The notes beneath the pieces were generated by a model. The model saw nothing but the letters and a program-made list of their open reading frames with translations, was not told the DNA's origin and made no database searches. Positions 23,626 to 34,480 of a stretch of 64,000 nt of DNA are shown piece after piece. Numbering within the stretch: the first letter of the stretch is position 1; each line of letters opens with the position of its first letter. Made by a program: the position numbers and the translations under genes. This stretch comes from Squalus acanthias (lineage: Eukaryota). The stretch spans positions 22,322,001-22,386,000 of the forward strand of contig CM059432.1 in the NCBI GenBank assembly GCA_030390025.1. Direction: 5' to 3'.

Positions 23626-24770
23626 AAAAGAAAAAAGAAAGACTTGCATTTATATTCTTAGACAGTCTTCTTCTTAGGCAGTCCCTCGGAACCGAGGATG
23701 ACTTGCTTCCAAACTAGAAATGAGTTCTCAGGTGACTAATGAGTCCAATGCGGGACCTACAGTCTCTGTCACAGGTGGGGCAGACGGTGGTTGAAGGGGC
23801 GGGTGGGTGAGGTGCTTGGGTTGATGTGCACTCCTTCCGCTGTTTGCGCTTGGCTTCCGCTTGCTCCCGGCGAAGAGACTCGAGGTTTTCGGTGCCTTCC
23901 CGAATGCTTCTCCTCCACTTTGTGCGGTCTTGGGCCAGTGGTCTTGGCAAATGGAATTTAACCCAGGTGTCGGTGGGGATGTTGCACTTTTTCAAGGAGG
24001 CTTTGAGGGTGTCCTTGAAGTATTTCCTCTGCCCACCTGGGGCTCTCTTGCCATGTCGTAGCTCCGAGTAGAACGCTTGTTTTGGGAGTCTCGTATCGGG
24101 CATGCGGATGATGTAGCCCGTCCATCGGAGCTGATCGAGCGTGGTCAAAGCTTCGATGCTGGGGATGTTGGCCTGAGCGAGAACACTGACGTTGGTGCGC
24201 ATAACCTGCCAATGGATTTGCAGGATCTTACGGAGGCAGCATTGGTGGTACCTCTCCAGTGCTTTGAGGTGCCTGCTGTACATGGTCCATGTCTCTGAAG
24301 CATACAGGAGGGCGGGTATCACTACTGCTCTGTAGACCATGAGCTTGGTGCTGGGTTTGAGGTCCTGGTCTTCAAACACTCTCTTCCTCAGGCGACCGAA
24401 GGCTGCATTGGCACACTGAAGGCGGTGTTGGATTTCGTCATCGACGTCTGCCCTTGTTAACAGTAGGCTCCCGAGGTATGGAAAGTGGTCCACGTTGTCC
24501 AAGGCCTGGTCATGGATTTTGATAATCGGGGAGCAGTACTGTATGGCGGGGGCAGGTTGGTAGAGGACCTTTGTCTTATGGATGTTTAGTGTAAGGCCCA
24601 TGCTCTCGTACGCTTCAGTGAAGGTGTTGACGATGGCTTGGAGTTCGACCTCAGAGTATGCGCAGACGCAAGCATCGTCTGCATACTGTAATTCGATGAC
24701 CTCAGGATGTCCCAAAGCGCTTTACAGCCAATGAAGTACATTTGAAGTGTCGTCAGAGTTGTAATGTCGA
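23626..24770 (-). mobile_element. DeuSINE 3' tail split by an RTE insertion
   Basis: aaagaaagacttgcatttatat (to ~23655) and ctcaggatgtcccaaagcgctttacagccaatgaagtac (from 24701) are the reverse complement of the tail of 766-1233. Confidence 0.7.
23666..24700 (-). mobile_element. 5'-truncated RTE LINE (RT C-terminus plus C2H2 finger)
   Basis: ELQYADD...FPYLGS...QLRWTG...CPTCDRDCRSRIGLISHLRTH and an (aag)n tail. Confidence 0.93.
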
Positions 24771-25026
24771 GCTAAATATAAAATTTGTGTTTAGTGCCAC
24801 ATGCTGATGCAGGTCCTATTTGTACTGTGGATGTAACTTCATTAACAGGAGAGATGAGAAAAGTTCCTCCATCACAACTGTGGTCGTGATTTGTTGCAGC
24901 AAGTATTTACTTTCATTCTGATTTGTTCAGATACTTCCACAGCCTCTGGGATTTTTAATGCAAAATTGCAGTACTAGGGCAGCTAATTGCATTAGGGTTA
25001 GTGTAGAAAGGTTACAGGGTTCATTA

Positions 25027-25375
25027 ACAACAACAACAACAACAACAACTTGTATTTATATAGCACCTTTAACGTAGTAAAACATTCCAAGGCGCTTCAC
25101 AGGAGTATTATGAGACAAAAAATTTGACACCGAGCCACATAAGGAGAAATTAGAGCAGGTGACCAAAAGCTTGGTCAAAGAGGTAGGGTTTAAGGAGCGT
25201 CTTAAAGGATAGAGAGAGGTAGAGAGGCAGAGAGGTTTAGGCAGGGAATTCCAGAGCTTAGGGCCGAGGCAACAGAAGGCACGGCCAGCAATGGTTGAGC
25301 GATTATAATCAGGGATGCTCAAGAGGGCAGAATTAGAGGAGCACAGATATTTTGGGGGGATGTGGGGTTGAAGGG
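25027..25375 (-). mobile_element. L2 LINE 3' end
   Basis: (aac)n tail; RSTIAGRAFCCLGPKLWNSLP. Confidence 0.88.
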
Positions 25376-25539
25376 GATGCCATGTTATACCAAATCATGT
25401 TCCTTAGCCATAGCATTAAATAAATATCACTATTAAAGTAGCTAACCACATTGGACCCTTAGGTGCCCATTTTACACCTGTAAAACAGGTGCAGCATGAT
25501 CCAATTTCTAGGCCGAACTCTCCAACACCATGGATTATA

Positions 25540-25830
25540 GGGTCACAGTACTGAGGGAGTGTTGCATTGTTGGAGTTGCTGACCTTTGGATGAGCCATTC
25601 AGCTGTGGCCTGTTCAGACGGAAATAAAAGATCCCATTGCACAATTTGAAGAAGAACAAGGTTCTTCCAGATCCTGGCCAACACTATCCCTCAATCAACA
25701 CATCAAAAAAAACAGATTACCTGGTCATTTATCTCATTGCTGTTTGTGGGACCTTGCTGTGTGCAAACTGGCTGTTGCATTTGCCTAAAAAACAATAGTG
25801 ACTATAGTTCAAAAGCAATTCAGTGATTTT
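25540..25830 (+). mobile_element. Diverged partial DeuSINE
   Basis: cagtactgagggagtg...aaagatcccattgcac...ttgctgtttgtgggaccttgctgtgtgcaaactggctg aligns with ~880-1160. Confidence 0.75.
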
Positions 25831-26308
25831 TTTTCTTTCTATCATACTAAATAATTTTGCCCCCTCTCTTTATTTGACCTGTAGGAAAACCCATCCTCAA
25901 CTGCACAGTTGCTCCGAAGTACATTCAGTTAAATTACTTCATAAACAACATTTTGCGATCAGGCTGTTTATGTACAACACATCTTTTCCACCATGAGCTT
26001 TAATATATTTCAAAATGACAAACATCTGTCTGAAATTGAAAGCAAAGTTATGATAAAGCGTTCCCACTACATGCTTTCAAAGAGGAAGTCTAGATCTTGA
26101 AACTGTGAATTTAATGCCAATAGACTCATAAATAAGGCCAAAGGTTTAGCAATTTCTGTGGAGCGATGCAGTTCCATTCTGAGCACTACTTTTGATTTTG
26201 CTTTTAAAAATATCAAAATTTTCTCTTAAAAGAATCCTCCTCCAATCTTCTCTCCTGATGGTATCCTGGGTTTTGAATATCTAATTTTAAAAATTCCAAA
26301 TTTGATGC

Positions 26309-27300
26309 CCCAACTATGATCAATAGTAGATATAGTAGATCAATTTAACCATTAAGTCACTGGCAAAACTGCAGATGCACTTTCTGCATAATGGGCCAGA
26401 AATTCAGCTTTCCGGCTTCCTGCGGGTGCAAGCATCGCGCGCGTACTTGCCTACCGCGCCTGCCGTTGTGCTTTGGGCCCACGAGGACTTCGGCTCCTGG
26501 GCCTCCTCCAGCTGCCAGCGCGCAGTGCTTGCGTATCCCAGGGGCGCAGTTAGTTCGAAGCGTCCCCTGGGATCATGTGGGCCATGGAGAGCCAATCCTA
26601 ACAGGGCATTTTCATTCATAGATTTGACAGGAGGCCCCAAAACCACACTTAAACTTCAAATCATTTTTTTTTAAAAAACATCACATTTTTAAAATAACTA
26701 CAAGTTACATAAATTAACTACTTTAAACAAAAATTTAAATTTTTCAAAAAATTAATTATACTTTTTAACGGTGCTAAAAATAAACTTACCTTTCTTTAAA
26801 GTATCTAAAAAAGATAAACCTGTTGAAAAAATGTTTAAATTGTAATTAATTAACCACTTACCTTGTTAAAAACAGGCCTTGCGCCTCCTTTTTAAAAGTG
26901 CAGCTTCTCCATACTTACCCTGCCGGAGAAACCTGAAAAAAAAACTAATTTCGCTGCGTGCGCGCAGCCTCTCCCGCGCACGCGTTCGACTTCTGAACCC
27001 CTCCCTTCAGGGGAACGGAAATTCCGGTTTCCCGCACATGTGCAGTGCATGCGTGAAACCGGCACTTCAGGTGGCCTTACGGGTGAGTACAAGAGCCGAA
27101 TTTCTGGCCCAATATTTCTAACGGGCATTGGAGAATGTATAAATTCATGAAATAATGCATCCTTTGTAAAATATTTTATTCAAAAAGACAACGAACAAAT
27201 TGTTTTTTCTCCCAATCTCTCTTCTATTTTGATGTTATTAGATCGAAAAAGTCTTTTTCATTCCATATTTTCACCATATCTCTCAATTCCTTCTTTCTCT
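26309..27300 (+). repeat. Copy 1 of an old ~270-bp local duplication (interrupted by the MITE 26393-27110); copy 2 at ~28868-29138
   Basis: Shared blocks atttaaccattaa.tcactggcaaaa.tgcagatgcactttctgcat and tgcatcctttgtaaaatattttatt. Confidence 0.85.
26393..27110. mobile_element. Harbinger-type MITE
   Basis: TIR gggccagaaattc / gaatttctggccc with an aat TSD on both sides. Confidence 0.9.
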
Positions 27301-27576
27301 CAAATCTGTTACCATGGAGACCACAAGAACAAACTCCACAACATAGTTTCAAAATGGTACAAGAATTCTGGCTTCACTGGCAGTTATGATTGAATTCAAA
27401 GTGAAAGCCAATATATCAAACACAATTGCCGGGAATTTCCTCAGGGAGTTTCTCCCACTCTGCCATCGTACATTTGATAGAAGCACAGCGGAGCCCCGTA
27501 AACAGGAGAAGCCTCCAGGAAATTCCTGGTGAAATGGCATTGTCGGACTATTCGATCATAAAGGGAATCATAGCCA

Positions 27577-28010
27577 AAAGAAAGTGCCTTTCATGACCTC
27601 AGGACATCCCAAAGTGCTTTACAGCCAATGAAGTACTTTGGAAGTGTAGTCATTGTTGTAATATGGGAAACGCGGCAGCCAATTTGCGCACAGCAAGGTC
27701 CCACAAACAGCAATGTGATACTGACCAGATAATCTGTTTTTGTGATGTTGGTTGAGGGATAAATATTGGACAGGACACCGGGAATAACTCCCCTGCTCTT
27801 CTTCGAAATAATGTAATGGGATCTTTTACGTCCACCTGAGAGAGCAGACGGAGCCTCGGTTTAACGTCTCATCTGAAAGACGGCACCTCTGACAGTGCAG
27901 CACTCCCTCAGCACCGCACTGGTGTATCAGCCTAGATTTTTGTGCTCAAGTCTCTGGAGTGGGACTTGAACCCACAACCTTCTGACTCAAAGACTGAGAC
28001 ACGGCCAACA
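27577..28010 (-). mobile_element. Near-full-length DeuSINE
   Basis: Reverse-complement match to 766-1233, including the tRNA head and Deu core. Confidence 0.85.
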
Positions 28011-28074
28011 CAAACCCGATTCTGCCCTCACCAGAAACAGATGCATTTTCCAGCAAGTGTCACTAGATAACAAT

Positions 28075-28790
28075 CTGAAACTGAAATAACAACAGAAAAC
28101 GCTCGGAAAAACTCAGCAGGCCAGGCAGCATCTGTGGAGAGAGAAACAGAGTTAACGTTTCAGGTCGAAGACCTTTCGTCAAAACTGGAAAAAAGCAGGA
28201 AATGAAATAGATTTAAAGCAAGGATAAAGCTGGAGAGGGGATGAAAGAACAAAATGAGAGATTAAGAGACATTAAGAGATAATCAAGCAAGAGGAGGTGT
28301 TAATGTGACAGGTTGAGGCTAAATGAAGTGTGAAATGCACTGGCGAAATGAAGGACAGCTGCCAGCTTCTGGGAGGGTAAAAAAAAAATGGGGGCCAAAT
28401 AAAAGGGTGGATGAAAAAATAAAATATAAATGTGATAGGGGCTGAGGTTATGATCTAAAATTGTTGAACTCGATATTGAGTCCAGAGGGCTGTAGGATGC
28501 CTAAACAAAAAATGAGGTGCTGTTCCTCGAGCTTACACTGAGCTTCCGTGGAACAGTGTAATAGGCCGAGGACGGTGAGGTCAGAGTGGGACTGGAGCGG
28601 AGAATTAAAGTGACAGGCCACCGGGAGCTCGGGGTCCCCCTTACAGACTGAACGGAGGTGTTTCCCCAATGTAGAGGAGACCACATCGTGAGCAGCGAAT
28701 ACAGTATACTAAATTGCAGGAAGTACAAGTAAATCGCTGTTTCACCTGGAAGGGGTGTTTGGGGCCCTGGACAGTGGGAAGAGGGGCAAC
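28075..28790 (-). mobile_element. Penelope-like element 3' fragment (GIY-YIG C-terminus plus a terminal repeat with a degenerate hammerhead at 28150-28186)
   Basis: ELPVACHFNS...KLEEQHLIF.LG.LQPSGLNIEF. Possible 12-bp TSD ctgaaactgaaa at 28075-28086 and 28790-28801. Confidence 0.85.
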
Positions 28791-29516
28791 TGAAACTGAA
28801 ACCGGGCTAATGCTTCACTCCCTACTCCAGGGGCAGCTAACCTGATTTTAGCATCCTTAATACTGCCCCAACTGAGATCAATAGTACACGGGTGATGCAT
28901 TTAACCATTAACTCACTGGCAAAAATGCAGATGCACTTTCTGCATCCTATTTCTAACGGACATTGGAGACTGTACAAAGTCATGGAATATTGCATCCTTT
29001 GTAAAATATTTTATTAAAAAAGACAACTAACTGCAAAGCCCAAATTGGTTTTCTTTCTCCTGAACTCTCTTCTATTTTGATGTTATAAGAACCAAAAAAT
29101 CTTTATTTTCACCATATCTCTTAATTCCTTCTTCCTCTGCAGAAACACATCTAACTCCCTCTTGAACCCATTTATACTGTTTTTGCCGACTTTCTCCTGT
29201 TCTGTCATCTCCTGGATGTGTGAACTCCTTGCTGTGGTATGGTTCCACAGGAGCCTGCCACCCTCAGGTACTTTATTATTTCTTTTTGAGCCTTAACGAC
29301 GACTGTTGGCAGGCTATTGAACTGTGCAGATGAGGAGGTCACAGCCTTGTCTGTTCCTGTCCTCACCTGATATCCATACATATGCATTTCCAACAGGGGA
29401 TTGCAGTCTGGACTCAATATTCTGCTCCCTAATCCTGAGCACTCAACCCAATTATAGAGTCCAAACTGCCATCTACCGGGTTTGTATGTGTCAACTACTC
29501 ACTGATTAAACTCAAA

Positions 29517-30321
29517 GGCCTCGAAATTGGATCTCGCCTGAAACTGGGTACTGGCCTCATTTGTATGTTACAAGGAGCCTGTGGGAGCCAGTCTCTCTCT
29601 TCTCTTAGGCAGTCCCTCGGAACAGAGGATGACTTGCTTCCACATTAAAAATGAGTTCTCAGGTGCCTGACGTTCCAGGTCCCGAACTTCATTTTAGAGG
29701 GTGGAAGATGCCTGTGCGTGAGTTCTTTTAAGGTGGGGTGGCCGTTGCACACCAGCTACCACACGGGCTTGACAGAGCAAGGTCTTGGTCCAATGGCAAG
29801 GGGATCCAAGATGATTGGAGACCAGGCTCTGCTACAATGGCCTAGCACACACACACAAACATACTGCTCAGGGCACTGGACACAGCTCGCCGGACACGGG
29901 AGGGTTGGCGGGGGGGGTGGGGGGGATGGGGAAAAAGATCGGCCGTCTGAAAGGGAGGAGGAGGCGATTGGGAGGGGGGTGTAGTGTTGGCCAGCAGTGC
30001 TTGCCTGCTCCTCCTGGCTCCACATTCAGTAAGTGATGTTTAACTTACCTTCTGAATGGTAGTCTCCAGCAGTCCCTTTAAGGAGCTTTGGTTTGGCTGC
30101 TGTCTGCCTGAGAAAACTGACCGCAGATTGCAAGTCGCAATCCAATTTCGCAAAGGGGCCTAAAACAGGCGTTCGGTCCACGATTTGTATAAGCAATGAG
30201 GTTATCGGCAGTTTAAGATGGGCGCCCTGGACGACGAACAATATGGTGTGTTGCGCACTTCCGGTGCGGACTGAGCACGCGCTGTCGAAAAACGGGTGCT
30301 GCGCAATCAGATTTCTAGGCC
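29517..30321. mobile_element. Harbinger-type MITE hosting an RTE-derived short element
   Basis: Ends ggcctcgaaattg / agatttctaggcc. Confidence 0.55.
29592..29857 (-). mobile_element. Bipartite RTE-derived non-autonomous element (5' UTR and first codons fused to the 3' end)
   Basis: 29666-29857 matches RTE 41460-41648; 29592-29665 matches the RTE 3' end at ~49115-49186. Confidence 0.85.
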
Positions 30322-30879
30322 AACGAGTCATTGAGGAACCTTTATTTAGTAGTCTATTCCACAAGTATAATACCTTTCAAGTGAAATAGTTCCAGCTGAC
30401 TTCCCTAGTTGATCCTGACTTCATAATTTTTAACTTTTGTACGATGATATTTGAACCTTTTAACATAGCGAACAAAATGTCATCAGGTAATGAATAAACT
30501 CATTTTGAGCCATTTGAAGTAGCTTAATGGGTTTTGTGTTGTATATGCCTTCTGTCTGAAGGTGGTATTCCATTAGCTGGTGATTCAGTCTTTGCCTTGT
30601 TTTTTTTAATTTATTTTCCTTTGTGGGTAGTGATTTATTATTTAGGGATGTTGCGCTGGATTATCTGCACCTAAGTGATTGGACGGTGACCTGCCCTGTC
30701 AAATTGACAATGCCAACTGAATAAAAAACTGATTTGATGATGTGTGAGGTGGGTCTGTCAGCAGGCATTGGTCACTATGTTGAGGGGGATAGGCTATGTT
30801 TTTGGTTCTAAATGCCAAAGTTGGCATGTTCAAAATTCTTGGCCCCATTTTACCCCTATACCCCTCAGGTGCTCAACAT

Positions 30880-31899
30880 TGTAAGGTGTTTGGTTTCCTC
30901 GTCCTTACAAGGGTTCTTTGACTGTGGGTTTTACAGGAACAAAATCGTAGATGGCACAAAGGTTTAGGTTCAACCCAAAACTGTTTGTTTATTAAAACCA
31001 GCAAAACACGGACAAAAACCTGTTGAGATTTGGCTGAAACTTACAATCACCCATCCGGCCGGTCGTTACCGTTGTGGATTGTAGGCCTGGATCGGAGATG
31101 ACCTGTCCCCGTCCTCCTTTATCTGACTGCAGCTGCCTACACAGCGCAAACCCCTTGTAGAGTCAACTGAATACTTACAATCACCCGTCCGGCTGGTCGT
31201 GGCCGATGTCGATTACAGGCTGGGGGCTGGAGATGACCGTCTTCCCTTCCTTCTTACACCTGGCTGTAGCCAGAGCTAGCTTCCGAGAGAGAGAGAGAGC
31301 TTCTGAGAGAGCTTCCGAGTGAAAAGCAGAGAGAGCTGAGGTGTGTTTCTTCTTACAGCTCTTCTGTCATGCCTTTTTGAGTCTGGGCCTTCCCCCAACT
31401 CTTGTTTTCAAATACACACCCAGTAATCCAAACCACAGGATGTGTACAGGGCTGGGGGATGGAAGACAATTCTTATCTTGTCTCCTCCGCCCTGTGATAC
31501 ATATTTAATGTAATTTAGTCTTACTGCTGATGTGTTTTGCCAAGGTTAAAGTGTTTTTTCAGGAAGTCCATTGTTCCAGCGAAATTGGCATTGTTGTCTT
31601 ATCCATTGAAGATCCATCAAAACCCATTAAAACACAAAGTCTCATTGTCCAAAGTTAAATCACCTATTCACTGTTAAATCACCTATCGAGACGCTCATTG
31701 TTTCAGTTAAACTCAGAGCATTGTCCAGATGTTAATTTTTCCCATCGAAACCAATCATGATTCAAGGCCTCACAGTTCAATGTCAATGTCCTTTTAACCA
31801 AAGCTTTCATTGTCCAGTATCAATGTGTTCTCCAAGAACTGCAAATATTAACCGTTTCATGCCCTTATGCTGGGGCCAAATGGTTCCATGAAACTTACA
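30880..31899 (-). mobile_element. Solo LTR, 1020 bp (ERV-like)
   Basis: TGTAAG...CTTACA inverted ends, 4-bp TSD acat (30876-30879, 31900-31903), and a minus-strand AATAAA at ~30988. Internal duplication ~31040-31135 vs ~31175-31270. Confidence 0.85.
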
Positions 31900-32507
31900 A
31901 CATTTTCAGTGCATTCTCGCCACTAGCCACCGAAAATGCAGCTACCAGGTAATGAATATAATCTATGAAGCATTTGTGAGGGTGTTGCACGAAAAGTGCA
32001 ATCACCATCGACACTAAACCCCTATTAAACCAGTCGCATCCCTCTGTTATACACCTTAGTTTGTTTTCACGGTTGTGATAGGTCAAGTTATGGAGACCAT
32101 CATGGGGAGTGTCCTCTCCAGAAAGGTGTGACATTAAACTTGGTTTTGCTTAACGATCATCACCTTTCGTTAAATGCGTTTCCAGTACTGTGGATTGCTA
32201 AAATACAGAGTCGCAGGGCTTCTCAGTCATCCTCAGATCTTCCTCCTCCAGGTATTCCCATTGGGATGCCCACCTTCACAGTTCTGGTTCTGGCATCTTA
32301 ATTTGCAACTGACGGAAAATAGAGAGTTGCTGAAAAGTCCAACCATGCCACAATCGAAACCAATAACAAACGCAATGGAAAAATCACAAAAAACGCTGAA
32401 TGAAAAATGGATATTGCGACAGAACAAAGTTCAAATTGCTATTTCCCTTTTAAGAGTGCAATCTTCAAAATTGTTGAAAAACCCTTCTGTGCAGCACCTG
32501 TTATAAG

Positions 32508-32637
32508 CAGGTGCTCAACATTTTCATTGCATTCCCAGCACTAACCACAGAAAATGCAGCTACCAGGTAATGAATATAATTTATGAATCATTAGTGAGGG
32601 TGTTGCACGAAAAGTGCCATCACCATTTACACTAAAC
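32508..32637 (+). repeat. ~130-bp direct repeat; the first copy is 30866-30879 + 31904-32018, split by the solo LTR
   Basis: caggtgctcaacattttca.tgcattc...gaaaatgcagctaccaggtaatgaatataat...cactaaac occurs in both copies. Confidence 0.85.
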
Positions 32638-32769
32638 TTGCTGGCTGGCTGCAAAATGGCACTCTTTGCTCCTTGCACATGCAGGAAACAGGCCTGAGAC
32701 ATGTTCCCCTGATTCTCTTCCCCACTTGCCTGATCAGCATGGGCATATCCTGACCGCAGAAATTCTCCT

Positions 32770-33508
32770 TATTTTTTTAATTCGTTTATGGGATCTGGGC
32801 TTTGCTGGCAAGCCCAGCATTTATTGCCCATCCCCTAGTTGCCCTTGAGAAGGTGGTGGTGAGCTGCCTTCTTGAACCGCTGCAGTCCGTGTGGTGAAGG
32901 TCCTTCCACAGTGCTGTTAGGGAGGGAGTTCCAGGATTTTGACCCAGCGACGATGAAGGATCAGCGATATACTTCTAAGTCAGGATGGTGTGTGACTTGG
33001 AGGGGAACTTGGAGGTGGTGGTGTTCCCATGCGTCTGCTGCCCTTGTCCTTCTAGGTGGAAGAGTTTGCAAGTTTGGGAGGTGCTACCGAAGAAGCCTTG
33101 GCGAGTTGCTGCAGTGCATTTTGTAGATGGTACACACTACAGCCACGGTACGCCGGTGGTGGAGGGAGTGAATGTTTAAGCTGGTGGATGGGGTGCCAAT
33201 CAAACGGGCTGCTTTCTCCTGGATGGTGTCGAGCTTCTTGAGTGTTGTTGGAGCTGCACTCATCCAGGCAAGTGGAGAGTATTCCATCACACTCCTTACT
33301 TGTGCCTTGTAAATGGTGGAAAGGCTTTGCGGAGTCAGGAGGTGAGACACTCGCCGCAGAATACCTAGCCTCTGACCTGCTCTTGTTGCCACAGTATTTA
33401 TGTGGCTGGTCCAGTTAAGTTTCTGGTCAATGGTGACCCCCAGGATGTTGATGGTGGGGGATTCGGCGATGGTAATGCCATTGAATGTCAAGGGGTGGTG
33501 GTTAGACT
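32770..33508 (-). mobile_element. Family B CR1/L2-group LINE 3' fragment
   Basis: ILGVTIDQKLNWTSHI...IYKAQVRSVMEYSPLAW...LHHRRTV. Confidence 0.88.
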
Positions 33509-34480
33509 TATATTGATCTAAAAGTGGCGATGCAGCTGCACACTAAAAAAAAATCAATGGGATTGAAAGAGTATATCCTAAGATTACTTTCAGATATGCC
33601 AAGAGAGCAGGGCAGGACGATACAAGTTCAAGACTGTGAAGGGGACAGTTAGGACGGTAGCTAGGAGGTTACGAGTACTCATGTATTGGCTGTCAGTCCT
33701 GAAATTCCCCTTTAACGTGAACTGCTGTTCTCAATAATAATTTAGATTGTGTGCATAACTGCTAATTGCTTTATATTTGGTATTTGAGAATATCATGAGA
33801 AATTATGATATTAGCTTAACGCTGATGCAGGAACTTTGTGAGAATCTTGCATAATGAAATTTGGGGGTAGAGTGGTTTTCACTGTCAGCTCTGTGATTTT
33901 ACAAGGTTTTGTTAGCTCGTGACTTTGCATTGTTTCCCTTAGATGGCTGGACGTGCTTTTTTGATGTTTCTGTGCTCTTTATTTCGTCACTGCTGTTTCT
34001 ATTTTTGGTGACGCTACTGTGTTGTTTTTCTGCTTTATTTGATTTAAATCTTCCAACCGTTCAGCTTCTCTGCTCACTTTGCTGGATGAACAGTCATGGG
34101 GCACGGATCCAGCATCCATGTGGAGCTGGAGGAGAAAGAGCAGTAGCTTCTAGCTGATAAAATCCGACTCCATTGGATTCACCTGCATTTGCCCTTTTAT
34201 GACTGCCAGCAGGTGTGTTGCTAGTGCTAAAGTGACCACGATATGTCACAGCAGCAGTACTTGAAGAAGCTGCAATTAACTAAGGTTATTGCGAGCTACC
34301 TCCTTCAAGAAGCCCTCCAGCTACGTTCCACTGTTCAAGCTGCAAGGAACTATCAATTGTACCTTTATAGATCTTTTATTCCCCTGCCTGCATTCTGGCA
34401 TCATTAACTGTAAGGGATCCCACTTGCCCTACTCAAGAGACCTGAACACATAAACAAAGTTGACACTTCTGTGCAGTACT

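Noticed and set aside
34090..34350. Short ORF MSQQQYLKKLQLTK... as a host exon
   Set aside because: It resembles a very decayed Harbinger transposase N-terminus (compare LSEELCMQHLRFTK at ~57530); too weak to list as a feature.
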